Assembly: GCA_030390025.1 (NCBI GenBank)
Contig: CM059432.1
Location: forward strand, 116,810,001 to 116,874,000
Length of the DNA: 64,000 nt
Source: Squalus acanthias
Taxonomy: Eukaryota
Direction of reading: 5' to 3'
Position numbers and translations under genes: made by a program. Below are positions 13,510 to 25,800 of the stretch, piece by piece. Every line of letters starts with the position of its first letter. Positions within the stretch are counted from its first letter, which is position 1. The notes beneath the pieces were generated by a model. The model saw only the letters and a program-made list of their open reading frames with translations, searched no databases and had not been told where the DNA came from.

Positions 13510-13800
13510 TTCTGCCCTCTTGAGCATCCCTGAATATAATCGCTCATCCATCGGTGGCCGTGCCTTCAGCTGCCTAGGCCCTAAGCTCTGGAACTCCCTC
13601 CCTAAACTTTTCCGCCTCCCTACCTCTCTTTCCTCCTTTAAGACACTCCTTAAAACCTACCTCTTTGACCATGCTTTTGGTCACCTGCCCTAATTTCTTA
13701 TGCGGCTCGGTGTCAAATTTTTGTCTTCTAACACTCCTGTAACGCGCCTTGGGACGTTGTACTGCGTTAAAGCCGCTATATAAATACAAATTGTTGTTGT
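13510..13800 (+). mobile_element. L2 3' fragment
   Basis: Matches the 19955-20245 tail. Confidence 0.85.
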
Positions 13801-14419
13801 ATTTACCTTTTATATGTGATCAGTTCACTATATTCAGTTTTCACTAAATTACTGGTTGCCAACAACTAAAAACCAACAATAAACCTGCCCCACAACTACA
13901 AAAATGGATACACTGGGCTAAGTACATGGCAATGATCACAATTATTGGGTTCCAGGGCAGTTAGAAGATGCTGATGCTTGTTTTGTCTTTCTGTCTTTCC
14001 CAGACAACATTCCTCTCTCAAACACCACCAGAAACAGAATAACTGGACAATCATCTCATTGCTGTTTGTGGCACCTTGCTGTGTACAAATTGACTGTCAC
14101 ATTGGTCCACAGCAACATGGACTATACATCAAAGTAATTCATCTTTTAAAAAAAAATTAATTCAAGGGATGTGGGCGTCGCTGACAAACCCAGCATTTAT
14201 TGCCCATCCTAATTGCCCTTGAGAAGGTGGTGGTGAGCCGCCTTCTTGAACTGCTGCAGTCCGTGTGGTGAAGGTACTCCCACAGTGTTGTTAAGGAGGG
14301 AGCTCCAGGATTTTGACCCAGCGACAATGAAGGAGTGGCGATATATTTCCAAGTCAGGATGGTGTGTGACTTGGAGGGGGTGGTGTTCCCATGCGCCTGC
14401 TGCCCTTGTTCTTCTTGGT

Positions 14420-15416
14420 CAGTGGTGGGCAAAATACAGCCCGCAGGCCGTATCCAGCCTGTCAGTTCATTCTATCCAGCCCACTGGAGCTCGAGCTGCA
14501 CATTCATCTGAGGCTTGCGAGGGGGGCCCCTCCGAGGAAAGCTCGCTCAGGATTAATGCGGCCTGGGAGTAGGCTGTGACCTTGAACCGGGGCAATTAAA
14601 AATAAATAAAGCTGCCGGGAATGCTGCTATATGTCTGTTGCAGATCTGCTTCCCTGGTGTGTCTCGGAGCTGGCCTAACGTCTGTCTACGGCTCTCTCCC
14701 CCTCTGACTCCGACAACCACTTTTCTAAAACCCGCCAAAACCATCACTCATCGCTGGCTGGTGGGGTGCTGCTGCGCGTGCGCACTGGACGCTCCTCCTC
14801 CGTCCAGTTATGGCTGCTCATCTCGACGACTCTTCGTTTTACCGAAGAAAAAGACCAGCGCTGTGTCTTTCCTCTCCCAGTACCCAGAGTACGACGGCAG
14901 GGGAGTTCTCATCACCGTCTTAGGCACGGGAGTGGGTCCTGGAGCACAAGGACTCCAGGTAACGCGATTGTAGTTCAGGCCTTGTGAAGCCTCGAGCTTC
15001 CGTACTCAGCACATTAAAAAGACAACACCTCTCGCGTCGGAATCCCCGCAGACTCCAGCCACGTAGACTTTCAGTACAACACGTAATCAATCGATTAATC
15101 ATTTCACTCATTCAATAACAGAAGATTTTACTATTTTACACTACATTTTGTGTATTTAAGATAGTATCTGACTACTATTTAAATTTATGTTTATGCAATG
15201 TTCTCTAATTTTTTTTCGTGCGCATCCCTTTAAATTTGCTGCGCGGCTGCACATGTGCAGTATCTCTTTAAGCGGCAGGAGCTGGTGAGCGAACTGCATG
15301 GGACCTCGCGATTGGTACACAGCCGTGCACCTTAGGAGGAACATGGGTGTGCGGCCCTTAACAGCTCACTAAAACTTGTTAAGTGGCCGTCCAGCCCAAA
15401 TAATTGCCTACCGCTG
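14420..15416. mobile_element. Non-autonomous hAT-type DNA transposon carrying a captured TPP2 fragment
   Basis: TIRs CAGTGGTGGGCAA / TTGCCTACCGCTG. 8-bp TSD TTCTTGGT (14412-14419) / TTCTAGGT (15417-15424). It cleanly interrupts a LINE fragment that reads continuously when the element is removed. Confidence 0.85.
14810..14958 (+). pseudogene. TPP2: Captured, disrupted TPP2 (tripeptidyl peptidase II) first-exon fragment
   Basis: ATG at 14810 (MAAHLDDS), then a frameshift/deletion, then [40 protein letters not shown], versus recalled TPP2 [40 protein letters not shown]. Followed by CAG|GTAACG. Confidence 0.9.
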
Positions 15417-16810
15417 TTCTAGGTGATAGAGGTCGTGGGTTTGGGAGGTGCTGTCGAAGAAGCCTTGGCAAGTTGCTGCAGTGCATCCTGTAGATGGTAC
15501 ACACTGCAGCCACGGTACGCCGATGGTGGAGGGAGTGAATGTTTAAAGTGCTAATCAAGCGGGTTGCTTTGTCCTGGATGGTGTTGAGCTTCTTGAGTGT
15601 TGTTTGAGCTGCACTCATCCAGGCAAGTGGAGAGTATTCCATCACACTCCTTACTTGTGCCTTGTAGATGGTGGAAAGGCCTTGGGGAGTCAGGAGGTGA
15701 GTCACTCACCGCAGAATACCCAGCCTCTGACCTGCTCTTGTAGCCACAGTATTTATGTGGCTGGTCCAGTTAAGTTTCTGGTCAATGGTGACCTCCAGGA
15801 TGTTGATGGTGGGGGATTCGGCGATGCTAATGCCGTTGAATGTCAAAGGGAGGTGGTTAGACTCTCTCTTGTTGGAGATGGTCATTGCCTGGCATTTGTG
15901 TGGCACGCATCCAGGTCTTGCTGTATGCGGGCATGGACTGCTTCATTATCTGAGGAGTTGCGAATAGAACTGAATACTGTGCAATCATCAGCGAACATCC
16001 CTACTTCTGATGGAAGGAAGGTCATTGATGAAGCAGCTGAAGATGGTTGGGCCTAGGACACTGCCCTGAGGAACTCCTGCAGCAACATCCTGGGGCTGAG
16101 ATGACTAGACTCTAACAACCACAACCACTTTCCTTTGTGCTAGGTATGACTCCAGCCAGTGGAGAGTTTCCCCCCCTGATTCCCACTGAATTCAATTTTA
16201 CTAGGGTTCCTTGATACCACACTCGGTCAAATGCAACTTGATGTCAAGGCCAGTCACTCTCAGCTCAACTCTGGATATCAGCTCTTTCGTCCATGTTTGG
16301 ACCAAGGCTTTAATGAAGTCTGGAGCCGAGTGGTCCTGGCAGAACCCAAACTGAGCATCGGTGAGCAGGTTGTTGGTGAGTAAGTGCCACTTGATAGCAC
16401 TGTCGACAATACCTTCCATCACTTTGCTGATGATTGAGAGTAGACTGATGGGGCGGTAATTGGCCAGATTGGATTTGTTCTGCTTTTTGTGGACAGGACA
16501 TACCTGGGCAGTTTTCCACATTGTCATGTAGATTCCAGTAAAACACTTTGGGATGTCCTGCAACATGATAAGGTGCTGCCTAAATACCAGTTCTTTGAGT
16601 TTTCATATCATCTGTAATAGACTATTTCCCCGGGATCACTCACCAATGTCCACTACTCTCTTCTAACTTGTATCTTTTGATTCTGGGCTAATGTGGAGGC
16701 TGAGGGAAAGAAGTGGAACAGCTGAGAGTTTTGGCACTAACATTGTCCGCGGTGAACAAGCACTCGTGTTACACAGTTTCAGTTCAGAGGCGCCCCTTTG
16801 CAACAATTAC

Positions 16811-17129
16811 CTTTCTGAGTTGTTGATGCGGGTGGTGTATGCCTTCTGAGGGACACTTTGTTGTCTTGCTTCCTCTCTGGAGCGCCGCTATTTCTTCTCA
16901 GCCTAGTCTGTGTAAAAATGCACCGACTGGGAGCTGACCCAGCCCAGCAGAGCAAGTCCAGTTTCTGCAGCACAGAAGCGCTGGCGGCTGCTGTAGTCCC
17001 GGGCCTCGCTGGGAGCGAGGTGCAGATTCCGGGCACTGCGGAGTAGCGCAGCCGGAGTTCCGCTTTGCACTGGGACACCAGCCTTACTGTGTGTGTGGGC
17101 GCCGCTCGCAAAAAAGAAACGTACGCCAT
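16811..17129 (-). CDS. TIMM21: TIMM21 coding exon 1 (mitochondrial presequence-like N-terminus)
   Basis: ATG at 17129. Arg/Ser/Ala-rich MAYVSFLRAA...KVSLRRHTPPASTTQK, then a GTAATT donor. 319 nt, phase 1, joins exon 2 in frame (QK-VKEAG as in vertebrate TIM21). Confidence 0.88.
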
Positions 17130-17360
17130 TCTTTTAATCGCAAAGCCGAGAAATCGTATTTCACGTAATATGTGTTGCTATATCGCTGCCATTCTCCAGC
17201 GGAATCAGAGTTTGAACAGAACGGTGGGACATGTAGTCCACTCTGCTTGTTGGTTGCAAGAATGCAACGAGACAGAAAACTACAACTCCCGTGTTGCAAT
17301 TTCCGCCTTCCCTCTGTATTGGTCTCAGCTGCAGTGGGGCATGTTGCTAAAATGGTGGGA
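17130..17360 (-). promoter_or_regulatory. Putative TIMM21 promoter with two ZNF143/THAP11-type ACTACAnnTCCC motifs
   Basis: ACTACATGTCCCA on the minus strand (17225-17237) and ACTACAACTCCC on the plus strand (17279-17290), directly upstream of the ATG in CpG-rich sequence. Confidence 0.65.
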
Positions 17361-17444
17361 GTACATATGTTCCAAGGCATAGAGCTACTGCTAGTTTCTT
17401 AAAGACAATGCCAATTAGCATGACATCAGTCGAACTCAAGTTAA

Positions 17445-18010
17445 CAAAGGTGCCCCCTCTTTAAAGGGGCACAGTAAGTACAACAGAACAAGACATCATA
17501 ATGTTGCTCTGGGTGATGACTGCACTGCAGTCCTTCCGGCGGTTGCCTTAAACGTACAGGCGGACACACCGTGCTCCCTCTCCAGGGACACCCAGGTGCG
17601 GACACAGCCGCGAAAGAGAGGCAGGCATTCGCTGCTTGGACCCGTGGGTGGCCACTTTGGCTAGGCCCAGGAGCAGTCCCACGAGGTGGTCCTCCAACTT
17701 GCCCGCTCCCCCCCGGCACTGGGTGGCCAAAGATCAGGAACGTGGGACAGAAGTGCAGCCAGAAATTGAGGAGCAGCTCCTCCAAATAGTGGAAGAGGGG
17801 CTGCAACCTCTCACATTCAACATAGACATGAAACACGGAATCATCCAGGCCGCAAAAATTGCAGACAGCCGAGGAGTCCGTGAATCTGCTTAAAAGCCTA
17901 TTGGACGGGACTGCTCCGTGCAACACTGTCCAGGCCAGACCCCCAACGGAACAGGCGAGGTCTCCCGCATAGAGAGCCCTTCAATCGGGTCCCCAGCCTG
18001 CACCGGCCAG
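17445..18010 (-). mobile_element. Tx1/L1-group ORF2 C-terminal fragment (CCHC zinc finger)
   Basis: LHGAVPSNRLLSRF...CNFCGLDDSVFHVYVECERLQPLF. Confidence 0.75.
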
Positions 18011-18067
18011 CAAGATCCATCATAATGCAAGTCTAGGGATGAAAATTTACTAGCACTCAAAGCTGTA

Positions 18068-18375
18068 AATGAAAGAAGACTTTGAGGAAGGAATAGGGAT
18101 AGGAATGTGCATGTTTGCTGACGGCACTAAGTTAGACGGCACTAAGTTAGGAGGCACCGTAAATAGTGTAGATGGGAGCAGAAAGTTGCAAAGGGATATT
18201 GATAGATCAAGTGAGTGGGCAAAACTGTGGCAGATGCAGTTCAATGTGGGAAAGTGTGATGTCATCCACTTTGGACCTAAGAAAGATAGATTAATTTCTA
18301 AATGGCGAGAAGCTAAGAATTGCGGATGAGCAGAGATTTAGGGGTCCAAGTACAAAAATCAGTAAAAGCTAGAAC
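18068..18375 (+). mobile_element. CR1 RT fragment
   Basis: MFADGTKL (duplicated)...LQRDIDR..EWAKLWQMQFNVGKC. Confidence 0.8.
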
Positions 18376-18889
18376 TACAAAATTCAAAATTTTCTGGTGC
18401 AAGTTATCGGCAGACCACCTCCTAGAAATAGTTTTTGCACTATCACTGCCTACTTACATTTGTTAAACATTGAGCAAAGTCTCGGGGGCGTGACACAACG
18501 AGAAGAAAGAAGACACTGAGTGGGGATCACAGAACTTAAGTGGGGAGGCAGAACTGAAAGAACAGTCATAAGAGACTTTTGAAAGAACTGAGAGTAAAGG
18601 ATCTAAAGGATCACCCAACAATGGTAGGGCGGAGGGAACAGAGTACAAGCAGTAAGCTAGAGTCAAAGGAGCAGAGGGTGTGTGCTGAATCATTCTGTTG
18701 GAACAAATCATCTTGCAATGGAGGAACTAGGATGTGGAGGAATTTAAAAATGAGGACAGGACTTTGAAATTGATTATGTTGGGGCAGGAGGTCAGTGGAA
18801 CTTAGAAAAGCCAGGAGTAATGGGAATGTGTGATACGATGTGCGAGAGGACCTGTATAACGCAGGGGCGGACGGGCACCCCCAGAAGGG

Positions 18890-20248
18890 CATGTGCCCAT
18901 TTTCCCGCAAATCTATGTTTGAATCCCTCCAATGAGGTTTCTGCCCCTGCCATATTACCGAAACAAATGACATCCTTTGTGACTGTGACAAAGGTAAACT
19001 ATCCCTCCTCATCCTTCTTGACTTGTCTGCAGCCTTTGACACGTTTCACCACTCCATCCTTCTCCAACGCCTCTCTACTGTCGTCCAGTTGGGTGGGACT
19101 GCACTCGCCTGGCTCCATTCTTATCTATCTAATCGTAGGAAGAGAATCACCTGCAACGGCTTCTCTTCCCGTTCCTGCATCGTTACCTCTGGTGTCCCCC
19201 AAGGATCTATCCTTGAACCCCTCCTATTTCTTGTCTTCATGTTGCCCCTTGGCGACATCATCTGAAAACACAGTGTCAGTTTCCACAGGTACGCTGACGA
19301 CACCCAGCTCTACCTCACCACCATTTCTCTCGACCCCTCCACAGTCTCTAAATTGCCAGACTGCTTGTCTGACATCCAGTTCTGGATGAGCAGAAATTTT
19401 CTCCAATTAAATATTGGGAAGACTGAAGCCATTGTTTTCGGTCCCCGCCACAAACTCCGTTCCCTAGCCACTGACTCCATCTCCCTAACATCTGTCTGAG
19501 GCTGAACTACACTGTTCGCAACCTTGGTGTCATATTTGACCCTGAAATGAGCTTCCAAACACATATCTGCGGCATAACTAAGACCGCCTATTTCCACCTC
19601 CGTAACATCGCCCGTCTCCACCCTTGCCTCAGCTCATCCACTGCTGAAACCCACATCTATGCCTTTGTTACCTCTAGACTTGACTATTCCGACGCACTCC
19701 TGGCTGGCCTCCCATGTTCTACCCTACGTAAACTTGAGGTCATCCAAAACTCGGCTGCCTGTCTCGTAACTCGCACCAAGTCCCGTTCACCCATCACCCC
19801 TGTGCTCGCTGACCTACATTGGCTCCTGGTTAAACAACGCCTCGATTTCAAAATTCTCATCCTTGTTTTCAAATCCCTGTGTGGCCTTGCCCCTCCCTAT
19901 CTCTTTAGTCTCCTCCAGCCTCACAACCCCCCAAGATATCTGTGCTCCTCTAATTCTGCCCTCTTGAGCATCCCTGATTATAATCGCTCAACCACTGGAG
20001 GCCATACCTTTTGTTGCCTAGGCCCTAAGCTCTGGAATTCCCTCCCTAAACCTCTCCGCCTCACTACCTCTCTTTCCTCCTTTAAGACGCTCCTTAAAAC
20101 CTACCTCTTTGACCAAGCTTTTGGTCATCTGCCCTAATTTCTCCTTATGTGGCTCGGTGTCAAATTTTTTGTTTTATAACACTCCTGTGAAGCGCTTTGG
20201 GATGTTTTACTATGTTAAAGGCGCTATATAAATACAAGTTTTTGTTGG
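18890..20248 (+). mobile_element. L2 LINE 3' part (RT); an oppositely oriented decayed L2 piece lies at ~18460-18860
   Basis: DLSAAFDT, GVPQGSIL, YADDTQLY, SRLDYS and LHWL motifs; tail GGCGCTATATAAATACAAG(TTG)n. Confidence 0.92.
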
Positions 20249-20462
20249 TTTCTCATGGAAAAAGGGGGCGTCTTTAATACAGTGCTATGGAACCATTCAT
20301 GGGGGCACTCGGTAAATCTCCTGAATTCCCAACATGGTAAGTCTGCCCCTGGTACAATGGACTTTGTGATGGGTGAAGAAGGAGTGGCTGATAAGAAGAG
20401 CAGTGAGGTTAGGGTTGCCATAACTACCAGAATGCCCAGCAATCTCCAGAATGCCCGGGAAT

Positions 20463-20825
20463 TGCAGAAATTTTCTCCAACTAAATATTGGGAAGACCAA
20501 AGCCATTGTCTTCGGGCCCCGCCACAAACTCCATTCCCTAGCCACCGACTCCATCCCTCTCCCCAGCATCCCTGATTATAATCGCTCAACCATTGGTGGC
20601 CGTGCCTTCAGCTGCCTAGGCCCTAAGCTCTGGAATTCCCTCCCTAAACCTCTCTACTTCTCTTTCCTCCATAAAACCCACCTCTTTGACTTCATCTGCT
20701 CTAATATCTCCTATTGTGGCTCGGTGTCAAATTTTTGTCTTATAATACTCCTATGAAGTGCCTTGGGATGTTTTACTACGTTAAAGGCGCTGCGCTGTGT
20801 AAATACAAGTTATTGTTGTTGTTGT
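20463..20825 (+). mobile_element. Internally deleted L2 3' fragment
   Basis: Joins sequence like ~19392-19485 directly to sequence like ~19966-20240. Confidence 0.8.
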
Positions 20826-21137
20826 TTGGCCCAGTGGGCTAGGGGGAGGGAAGGAAGTGGCAGGTGCAGCTGAACGTATAGGCTCAAAGAAGATGAGCTC
20901 CTCACACTTATTGTTGGAGGTGATGCAGTTGCTGACGAGAAACTAGGAGCAAAGATACTCAGTTACAGGGTACCCAAGGTAAATGCAATAACAGTGGTAC
21001 AAGTCATGTGATTAGGAGTGACATGGTCAGATGCCATGTGATCAGAACATCAGGTGAAATGCCTCCAACCAGAGTTGACAACCCCAAGTCAGCTGCATGA
21101 GGTTTCAAATAGGCAGTGCCCCAAAGGTGAACTTATA

Positions 21138-22030
21138 GGGGTAGAAATTAGGTCGCGCCCCATTTGGGGCGCAAATATCGTCTGGACGCAAATATTAGCG
21201 CCTGGCGCTAATTATCGCCACTGACTGGAAACTTCACTTTTACCGCCCCGGGAGGTGAGTGGAGCGCTAAATCAGGCACTGCACACCTGTCTTAAGGCGC
21301 AAAGGCCGAGCAGTGAGGCGCTAACTCAGAGCGCTGGCGAAGCTCATGTAATGTCAGTCAGCAATGGAACACACACACAATGGCACGGGCCAGTTCTTAA
21401 AGGGGATGGTTAATCTTGCTTTCCATCCACATCCTGTTCATTGCAGCCTTGAATCTCGGCCTGGAGAGACTTGCACATCAAATGTGCTGGAAAGAACAAT
21501 GGAGAGTACCAGGCAAAGAGCTCAGAGTGCAGCTCCCACAGTCTCTGCTAAATCGATACAAGGAATGGCAAATCAAAATGAACCTGCAAAGTGCTGCTCA
21601 GTACCCAAAACTCCTTCACACAACGTTGAATCTCTCCAGAAGTCTCTCCCTCTCTCTCTCAGAATGCGTAGTTCAAAAATGCCACCAACAATAAAAGACA
21701 GGAAGAGGCCCCCTTTAAATAGCGCCCCCCACAGCCCCACAGTGATTGATAGCGTTCCAGTCTTCTGGTCGTTGGATGCGCTAGGCGGTAAGGCAGGGGG
21801 CGCCACTCAATTTCCGCTCCGGGGCGCCACAAGGGCGTTGCACCATGGAATGACGTCACAATCTGCGTGCGCAGGTGGTCGCAGCGGTAAGTTTTAGCGC
21901 CGCCGCACAATGTCAAGTTAAGTTCCCGAGCGGCGCAAACATCGCTGCGCCCGGGCGTTAGCGGCTTTGCGCCCCATTAGCGCCCTCTTAAGGCGCTAAC
22001 GGGAGGCGCAACCAACTGAATTTTTACCCC
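21138..22030 (-). mobile_element. Internal-deletion derivative of the 49736-53889 Harbinger family
   Basis: Ends GGGGTAGAAATTAGGT / ACTGAATTTTTACCCC with TSD ATA. Both halves resemble the reverse complement of the autonomous element's ends; it retains the Myb start (MESTRQRAQ). Confidence 0.88.
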
Positions 22031-22191
22031 ATAAAGTCTTGCCAACTGAACAGTGTCCCATTTTTAAATTCACTTAAGACATCTGTAGCTACCCCTGGGG
22101 CAAACTTTAGAGTGTTTGCTTTCAAATTATTAAATCAGCCTCGTGTCTTTGAGTGTCAGCCGTGGCTCAGTGGTTAGCAACCTCGACTCTG

Positions 22192-22804
22192 AGTGAAAGG
22201 TGATATATAAATGGTGAAAGGTGATGTATAAATGGTGAAAGGTGATTTATAAATGGTGAAAGGTGATGTATAAATGGTAAAAGGTGATATATAAATGGTG
22301 AAAGGTGATGTATAAATGGTGAAAGGTGATGTATAAATGGTGAAAGGTGATGTATAAATGATGAAAGGTGATGTATAAATGGTGAAAGGTGATGTATAAA
22401 TGGTGAAAGGTGATGTATAAATGGTGAAAGGTGATGTATAAATGGTGAAAGGTGATGTATAAATGGTGAAAGGTGATGTATAAATGGTGAAAGGTGATGT
22501 ATAAATGGTGAAAGGTGATATATAAATGGTGAAAGGTGATGTATAAATGGTGAAAGGTGATATATAAATGGTGAAAGGTGATGTATAAATGGTGAAAGGT
22601 GATATATAAATGGTGAAAGGTGATGTATAAATGGTGAAAGGTGATATATAAATGGTGAAAGGTGATGTATAAATGGTGAAAGGTGATATATAAATGGTAA
22701 AAGGTGATGTATAAATGGTGAAAGGTGATATATAAATGGTAAAAGGTGATGTATAAATGGTGAAAGGTGATGTATAAATGGTGAAAGGTGATATATAAAT
22801 GGTG
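22192..22804 (+). repeat. 21-bp minisatellite (GGTGAAAGGTGATGTATAAAT)n, about 29 units
   Basis: Directly visible tandem array with alternating GATGTA/GATATA variants. Confidence 0.97.
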
Positions 22805-25800
22805 GAAGCTGCGGCTGGAGTCACTGTGGAGCATCCGCGAGGCTGAGATCTACGTGGAAAGCACATTTAACGAGGTAGTCACTCCGCAGGTAAAGAGTGC
22901 ACAGGCAGAAAGAGAATGGGTGACCTCCAGACAGAGTAAAAGAACTAGGAAGGTAGTGCAGGAATCCCCTGGGTCCATCTCCCTCTCCAACAGATTTTCC
23001 GTTTTGGATACTGTGGGGGGAGATGGTTTCTCCAGGGATTGCAACAAGAGCCAAGTCCGTGGCACTACGAGTGGCTCAGCTGCACAGGAGGGGAGGAAAA
23101 AGAGTGGGAGAGCAAAAGTGATAGGAGTTTCTATCGTAAGGGGAACAGATAGACGTCTCTGTGGCTGCAGACGTGACTCCAGGATGGTATGTTGCCTCCC
23201 TAGTGCCAGGGTCAAGGATGTCACTGAGCGGCTGCAGGACATTCTGAAGGGGGAGGGTGAACAGCCAGAGGTCGTGGTCCATATTGGTACCAATGACATA
23301 GGTAGAAAAAGGGACGAGGTCCTGCAAGCAGAATATAGGGAGCTAGAAAATAAATTAAAAAGCAGGACCTCAAAGGTAGTAACCTCAGGATTACTCCCAG
23401 TGCCATGTGCTAGCAAGAGCAGAAATAGGAGAATAGACCAGATGAATGCGTGGCTGGAGAGATGGTGTAGGTGAGAGGGATTTAAATTCCTGAGGCATTG
23501 GGACCGATTCTGGGGAAGGTGGGACCTGTACAAGCTGGACGGATTACACCTTGGCAGAACCGGGACCAATATCCTCACAGGGGGGTTTGCTAGTGCTGTT
23601 GGGAATGATTTAAACTAGTTTGTCAGGGGGCTGGGAACCTAAGTGTGGGCCCAAAACGGAGAGAAACAAAGCTGGAAGTGCAAGTTAGAAAAGTAGTCAG
23701 CAAAACTAGTAGGGAGCAGATACAAAGGCCAACAGTAAAGAGGGTCAAAGTGCAGAAAAATATTAAACAGGCAAAGTTGAAGGCACTTTATCTAAATGCA
23801 CGTAGCATTCGCAACAAGGTGGATGAATTAATGGCACTAATAGAAGTAAATGGGTATGATGTAATTGCCATTACAGAGACATGGTTGCAGGGTAACCAAA
23901 GCTGGGAACTGAATGTTCCAGGGTACTCAAAATTTAGGAAGGACAGACAAAAAGGAAAAGGAGGTGGCGTAGCGCTGTTAATAAGGGAGGAGATCGGTAC
24001 GGTAGAGATAAAAGATCTTGGCTCGGCAGATCGTGATGTAGAACTGGAATCAGTTAGGGTGGAGCTAAGCAACAGCAAAGGGTGGAAAACATTGGTGGAA
24101 GTTGTGTATAGGCCACCAAACAGTAGTGGTAATGTAGGGCACAGTATCAATCAAGAAATTAGAAGTGCATGTAACAAGGGCAATATGGTAATCATGGGGG
24201 ACTTTAATCTACATATTGACTGGGCAAATCAAATTACCACTAATGGTGTGGAGGACGAATTCTTGGAATGCATGCGAGGTGGTTTCCTGGATCAGTATGT
24301 GGAGGAACCAACCAGGGAACAGGCTATTCTGGATCTGGTACTGTGTAATGAGAAAGGGCTAATCAATAATCTTGTGGTAAACGGGCCTTTAGGGACAAGT
24401 GACCATAATATGATTGAATTTTACATTAAGTTTGAGAGTGATGTAGTCCAATCTGAAACTAAGGTCTTCAATCTAAACAAAGGAAACTACAAGGGTATGA
24501 GGGACAAGTTGGCCATGATGGATTGGGAGACTACACTAAAAGGTATGAAGGTGGACATACAATGGCTAACATTCAAGGAAATAATGCATAATTTGCAACA
24601 AACATATATTCCTCTAGGGCATAAAAACCCAAAAGAAAAAGTGATCCAACCATGGCTAACAAAAGAAATTAAAGCTAGTATTAAGTCAAAGGAGGAAGCT
24701 TATAAAGTTGCCAGAAAAAGCGGTCAGCCTGAGGATTGGGATCTTTTTAGTAATCAGCAAAGGGGGACCAAGAAATTGATAGAGAAAGGGAAAATGGAAT
24801 ATGAGCACAAACTAGCGAAAAATATAAAAACGGATTGTAAAAGCTTCTATAGGTATCTGAAAAAGAAAAGACTGGCAAAGGTAAATGTAGGTCCTTTACA
24901 GTCAGAGACGGGAGAATTTATAATGAGGAATGAGGAAATGCCAGAGAAATTAAATAAATACTTTGTTTCTGTCTTCACGGAGGAAGACACAAAAAACCTC
25001 CCAGAAATACGAGAAAACCAAGGGTGTGGTGAGAATGAGGAACTTAAAGAAATTATTATTAGTAAAAAAACTACTAGCAAAATTAATGGGACTAAAAGTC
25101 GATAAATCCCAAGGACCGGATGACCTACATCCTAGGGTTTTGAAAGAGATGGCCATTGGGATAGTGGACGCATTGGTTGTCATCTTCCAAAATTCTATAG
25201 ATTCTGGAACGGTTCCTGCAGATTGGAGGATAGCAAATGTAACCCCACTATTTAAGAAAGGAGGGAGAGAGAAAACGGGGATACAGACCTGTTAGCCTCA
25301 CATCAGTAGTTGGGAAAATGCTGGAATCTATTATAAAGGATGCAATAACTGGGCACTTAGAAACTAATAGTAAGATTGGGCAGAGTCAACATGGATTTAT
25401 GAAAGGGAAATCCTGTATAACAAACGTATTGGAGTTCTTTGAGGATGTAACTTGTGGAGAAGACAAAGGGGAACCGGTTGATGTGGTACATTTGGATTTT
25501 CAGAAGGCCTTCGATAAGATCCCACACAAGAGGTTGGTGAACAAAATTAGGGCTCATGGAATTGGGGGTAATATACTAGCATGGATTAACAGACAGAAAA
25601 CAAAGAGTAGGGATAAACGGGTCTTTTTCAGGATGGCAGGCTGTGACTAGTGGGGTACCGCAAGGATTGGTGCTTGGGCCCCAGCTATTCACAATCTATA
25701 TCAATGATTTGGATGAGGGGACTAAATGTAACATTTCCGAATTTGCTGATGATGCAAAGCTAGGTGGCAGTGTCAGTTGTGGAGAGGATGTGAAGAGGCT

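Larger units (their letters stand above)
14155..16530 (-). mobile_element. CR1/L2-group LINE, second family, 3' part (split by the hAT element)
   Basis: [19 protein letters not shown] and TIYKAQVRSVMEYS motifs; same family as 43158-44150. Confidence 0.88.

Noticed and set aside
14638..14973. Functional TPP2 gene
   Set aside because: Only the first-exon region is present, with a frameshift and loss of the catalytic Asp, inside a transposon; no downstream TPP2 exons were seen.
22174..22866. Long ORFs of (TIYTSPF)n and (HHLYITF)n
   Set aside because: These are translations of the 21-bp minisatellite. The units are contiguous with no spacers, so this is not a CRISPR array either.
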